Source of the DNA: a bacterium UBP16_UBA6123
GTDB taxonomy: Bacteria; Muiribacteriota; UBA9980
Direction of reading: 5' to 3'
Length of the DNA: 64,000 bases
NCBI GenBank assembly: GCA_002423385.1
Contig: DIVV01000217.1
Coordinates: 8,781 to 72,780, forward strand
Shown: positions 60,950 through 64,000 of the stretch, in pieces
Numbering within the stretch: the stretch's first letter is position 1
How the letters are laid out: each line of letters starts with the position of its first letter
Notes under the pieces: model-generated
Told to the model about the DNA's origin: nothing
The model's database searches: none
Seen by the model: only the letters and a program-made list of their open reading frames with translations
Made by a program: the position numbers and the translations under genes

Positions 60950-61804
60950 TTATTTTTCATCGCATTTAGCCAATACATCTACGGTGACCTTCTTTTTAGA
61001 TTTTGTGACCTGCGTTTCGACTAACTTTTTAAGCTCAGCTATGTGTTGGCTGTGCATTCTTATGCATCCTTCCGACGCTTTTGAACCGAGACTTTCGGGT
61101 TCGTCGGTGCCGTGTATGCCTATGCCCTGCCAGGGGGTTTTAAGCCTTAAAAACCAGGGGCCATAAGCATATTTGCCTTCATGGAGCCACTTATCGCTTT
61201 TATGTATCGATTCTATATAAAAATTTCCTTCGGGCGTGCGCAAATCGCCTTTCAGCTTTTTATCTGCGCCATCCTTATTGCGGCCTATAGCTATTTTATA
61301 AGTTTTAACCAGCACGCCGCCTTTATAAAGTTTAAAGGCGTAACGGCTTTTATCTACGACGATGCTGTAATCGCCGGGCATTTTACTGATTTTATCAACT
61401 GATATAATCGAAGATATTGAATCAGGCTGAGATGCAGCCGCATCTTTTGAATCAGGCTGTTGTTTTACAGCCGGTTCGTCGGCGGCCGGCTCGCCATCCG
61501 CGACGCTTTCATACTCTGCCGCTTCAGGTTCGGCGGCCGCTTCCACCGCTTCGATAGATTCTTTTTTCGAGCGCACCACTTTAAGTCCGCTGGCCGATTT
61601 AACGCCAGCATCAGCTTCAACCGGCATACCCATTACCTCCGCTGACATATTGGCCGGAAAAACAACCGGCTGCGACGCATCTCTGGCGCCAGAAGCCGAA
61701 GAGGCGTAATTGACCTTAAGCGTAAATATTATAAGCACCATCAGAAAAAAGGAGGATATCGCGTAAAATAATTTTTGTGAATTTACCCCGCTGTTCATAA
61801 TCAC
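60950..61804 (-). CDS. L,D-transpeptidase (YkuD) domain protein with N-terminal TM and acidic linker
   Basis: C-terminal GIGIHGTDEPESLGSKASEGCIRMHSQHIAEL is the YkuD catalytic motif (HGT…S.GC(I/V)R(M/L)). Confidence 0.8.
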   Translation of the reverse strand: MIMNSGVNSQKLFYAISSFFLMVLIIFTLKVNYASSASGARDASQPVVFPANMSAEVMGMPVEADAGVKSASGLKVVRSKKESIEAVEAAAEPEAAEYESVADGEPAADEPAVKQQPDSKDAAASQPDSISSIISVDKISKMPGDYSIVVDKSRYAFKLYKGGVLVKTYKIAIGRNKDGADKKLKGDLRTPEGNFYIESIHKSDKWLHEGKYAYGPWFLRLKTPWQGIGIHGTDEPESLGSKASEGCIRMHSQHIAELKKLVETQVTKSKKKVTVDVLAKCDEK

Positions 61805-61805
61805 C

Positions 61806-62759
61806 TCAATAATTTTTTTCGTAAACTTTTTTATCGTCGATCATAACGACGATCTTCATTCCGCCTTCGGCGATCAGATTGAGCGTGACCTTATCGCCGG
61901 CTTTATTACTCATATTATAAAGCACACTATCTGAATCGGCATTAATTTTCAAAATTTTAACGTTTACCGTTTCAGATTTTGACGGCGGAACTACGAATGT
62001 AAAATCAAGAGGCTGAGATGCGGCCGGTGAATTCGAAAAACTCTTATCGGCCGGATCGATTTTTAAGGTTATTGTATAATTGACCAGCGTTGGATTGTCT
62101 ATATCGACTTTAGCCGCATGGTTCAAATCGGCGCGATATATGGGAAGGGCATCGATTAATGTTTCAATAAATTTAGCGACGGTATTTAAGGGACGGTTAG
62201 CCGAACTGTATGCCGTGCCGACTATTTTAAAAAGCGTAGGATCTGAGCCATCGCGCTTGATCTTTTCGAGCGTAATTTTCTGGCCGGCGAAGTTATTATG
62301 AAAGTGTTTTAATATAACGTCTTCTAAATATAGCTTAACCTGCTGCTCGGTAACTAAAGTTTTTACGGCTTTTTCATCCCGCACAGCATTTTCGGCTTCA
62401 TCCGCGGCGGCATTAAAATTAATAATTTTAGCGCCTTTTTTATTTTGCGGCTTTTTTTTCTCCGAAGCCGGCTGAGTTTCAACGGCCGGAGCGCTTAAAT
62501 CACTCAGACAGTAAGGGCAGACGCTGTTGATCTCGTCCACCTGCTTTTTACAATGCTGGCAGGCGATCATCGCCGCAAAAAGCGATGTAGTCGAAAGCAA
62601 AACTGCCGCCAGAACCACAAAGACAGCAACTCTTAAATTAAGCGCGCCGCTAAAAATACCGGCGGGTTTTAAAACCGTTGGCCCTCCAGTAGTTTTAGTC
62701 ACTTTATTACGGATTATTTTTATTTTGATTATGTTGTTGATGAGGTTTTTTATGTCCAT
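61806..62759 (-). CDS. Membrane-anchored hypothetical protein with Cys4 zinc-ribbon
   Basis: TM segment VAVFVVLAAVLLSTTSLFAAMIA followed by CQHCKKQVDEINSVCPYC. The 5' end overlaps the upstream gene by ~50 nt, so the true start is probably downstream of the annotated one. Confidence 0.4.
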   Translation of the reverse strand: MDIKNLINNIIKIKIIRNKVTKTTGGPTVLKPAGIFSGALNLRVAVFVVLAAVLLSTTSLFAAMIACQHCKKQVDEINSVCPYCLSDLSAPAVETQPASEKKKPQNKKGAKIINFNAAADEAENAVRDEKAVKTLVTEQQVKLYLEDVILKHFHNNFAGQKITLEKIKRDGSDPTLFKIVGTAYSSANRPLNTVAKFIETLIDALPIYRADLNHAAKVDIDNPTLVNYTITLKIDPADKSFSNSPAASQPLDFTFVVPPSKSETVNVKILKINADSDSVLYNMSNKAGDKVTLNLIAEGGMKIVVMIDDKKVYEKNY

Positions 62760-63687
62760 AAAATCCAGGCCTCCCGTTTTGTTTTACATTTTTTACATTT
62801 TTAGAAACATTAGGAACCGTATTTTTTTTATGCTTTTCAATTTTTTGAATTATTTCATTTTCGAGAACGCTGATATAATCGTCGTTGATATTATAAGTTT
62901 CGATCATATTTTTAGTGACGCCGACACCGCGGCTGATAAGCATCGACGCGAGCTGTTCGATAGTTAAAAGCATTATCGGATAGGGCGAATTAGCCTTTAT
63001 ATATTCGTTGACGTCCGCTTCATATTCTGAAAATAATATAATAGCGCCCATATTGAATTTATGCGTGGTCATTATTTTTATGAGTTCCTCGGCGTTTTTA
63101 ACGCCGTATTTTCGCTGGGCCGGCCATCTTCTGATAACTACGAGCATATTGACGTTGCTTGCAAACTGTTGAAAATTTATGGCGTAGTCGATTCCGCCGT
63201 CGGTGCGCCGGTTGACGACCGTATATTTAGCGAAGCCAAGCTCGCGCAGAAGGTTTTCAACTAGCCGCTCGAAAACTAAAAATGGAAGTTTATTCAATTT
63301 TTCAATAAACTGAGCTTTTATTTTAATATAATTCGCGTTCAAATAATCCTGAAGGCAGTCTAACTGTGGCGCGGCAGCTTCTATGGAGGCGGGCGCCGGC
63401 ACTGGAATCGCTTCGGCAATTATAGCCGGAGCTTCTTCGACCTTAGGCTCATTATAATTTTTAAGGCCTATCAAACCGTTATTCAATTTTAAAAAATCGG
63501 TATGAATTTTTAACTTTTCCGCTTTTCTTACTTCGAGCGCTAAACGCGTTACTATAACGGTTTCAAGCGTCTGCGTGCCTTTTCTTTCGATTAATTTTTC
63601 GCTGCTGATAGTTCTTGCTATTTCTTTAAAATGCATGGGTTTTTTATTTTTAATCAATACATGTTTTATAGCTTCTAATAATTCCAT
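62707..63687 (-). CDS. Mrr-like restriction endonuclease domain protein with N-terminal HARE-HTH/winged-helix
   Basis: N-term ELLEAIKHVLIKNKKPMHFKEIARTI (HARE-HTH-like). C-term FERLVENLLRELGFAKYTVVNRRTDGGIDYAINF… matches Mrr_cat (…DgGiD…). AAGGAG RBS 9 nt upstream. Confidence 0.7.
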   Translation of the reverse strand: MELLEAIKHVLIKNKKPMHFKEIARTISSEKLIERKGTQTLETVIVTRLALEVRKAEKLKIHTDFLKLNNGLIGLKNYNEPKVEEAPAIIAEAIPVPAPASIEAAAPQLDCLQDYLNANYIKIKAQFIEKLNKLPFLVFERLVENLLRELGFAKYTVVNRRTDGGIDYAINFQQFASNVNMLVVIRRWPAQRKYGVKNAEELIKIMTTHKFNMGAIILFSEYEADVNEYIKANSPYPIMLLTIEQLASMLISRGVGVTKNMIETYNINDDYISVLENEIIQKIEKHKKNTVPNVSKNVKNVKQNGRPGFYGHKKPHQQHNQNKNNP

Positions 63688-63726
63688 TAATTAATACATC
63701 TCCTTAGTAAATTGAGCTGATTTGAT

Positions 63727-64000
63727 TCATCTGTCTAATTCGCCCGCTATAATATTCAACGAACCTAATGTAGATATGGCGTCGGCGATAAGGCCGCCCT
63801 CGACCATTTTCGCAAACGCCGATAATATAGGGAAGCAGGGCGGGCGAACCCTTACACGATAGGGACTGCGGCCTCCGTCTGAAACTACGTAAAAACCGAG
63901 CTCGCCGTTAGCGCCTTCTACGGCGGAATAGGCCTCACCCGCCGGCGGTCTGATGCCGTCTATAACTAATTTAAACTGCCTTATTAAAGCCTCCATCTGG
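63727..64000 (-). CDS. nuoD: NADH-quinone oxidoreductase subunit D, C-terminal end (gene continues beyond window)
   Basis: …YRVRVRPPCFPILSAFAKMVEGGLIADAISTLGSLNIIAGELDR* is collinear with the NuoD/49-kDa subunit C-terminus (…RVRAPSF.HLQ…MV.G..LAD…GSLD.V.GEVDR). Confidence 0.85.
   Translation of the reverse strand, partial: QMEALIRQFKLVIDGIRPPAGEAYSAVEGANGELGFYVVSDGGRSPYRVRVRPPCFPILSAFAKMVEGGLIADAISTLGSLNIIAGELDR

Noticed and set aside
1-64000. Search for tRNA, rRNA, transposase/integrase, and cas genes
   Set aside because: No cloverleaf-like conserved tRNA segments (GTTCRANYC T-loop in a suitable context), rRNA-like stretches, IS inverted repeats or recombinase motifs were found by eye. The window appears to be chromosomal core/accessory without mobile elements.

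Overview
About 52% of this window (nt 2-33703, + strand) is one uninterrupted reading frame of at least 11,109 codons. The frame is already open at the 5' edge, so the gene is even longer upstream. I read the product as a giant multidomain surface or adhesin-like protein. It carries at least 8 six-bladed NHL beta-propellers and FN3-like arrays, plus a PA14 domain, MAM/lectin-like tandem modules, PD40 (TolB-like) repeats and a BNR/sialidase-like propeller. It also has a recurring ~115-aa module of unknown function that follows each NHL block. The remaining 30 kb is ordinary, tightly packed bacterial housekeeping and envelope genes. On the minus strand these are a dppA-like peptidase, a sigma-54 activator, uvrC, an aminotransferase, a polyferredoxin, ptb-buk, a GT2/GT39/L,D-transpeptidase envelope cluster, an Mrr-like nuclease and the nuoD 3' end. 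On the plus strand they are a TetR regulator with a MacAB-TolC-type efflux system, rpsA, an ABC substrate-binding protein, a DHH phosphoesterase, nfo, DAHP synthase and an unusual Cys-rich tandem-repeat protein. I saw no rRNA, tRNA, CRISPR or transposase. The giant gene in an AT-moderate, compact genome is reminiscent of giant genes reported in uncultured lineages such as Omnitrophota, but that is speculation. The most novel signals are the giant protein's repeat architecture, a stop-codon heptamer tandem after it, a pentanucleotide microsatellite filling a minus-strand intergenic region, and the Cys-rich repeat protein.
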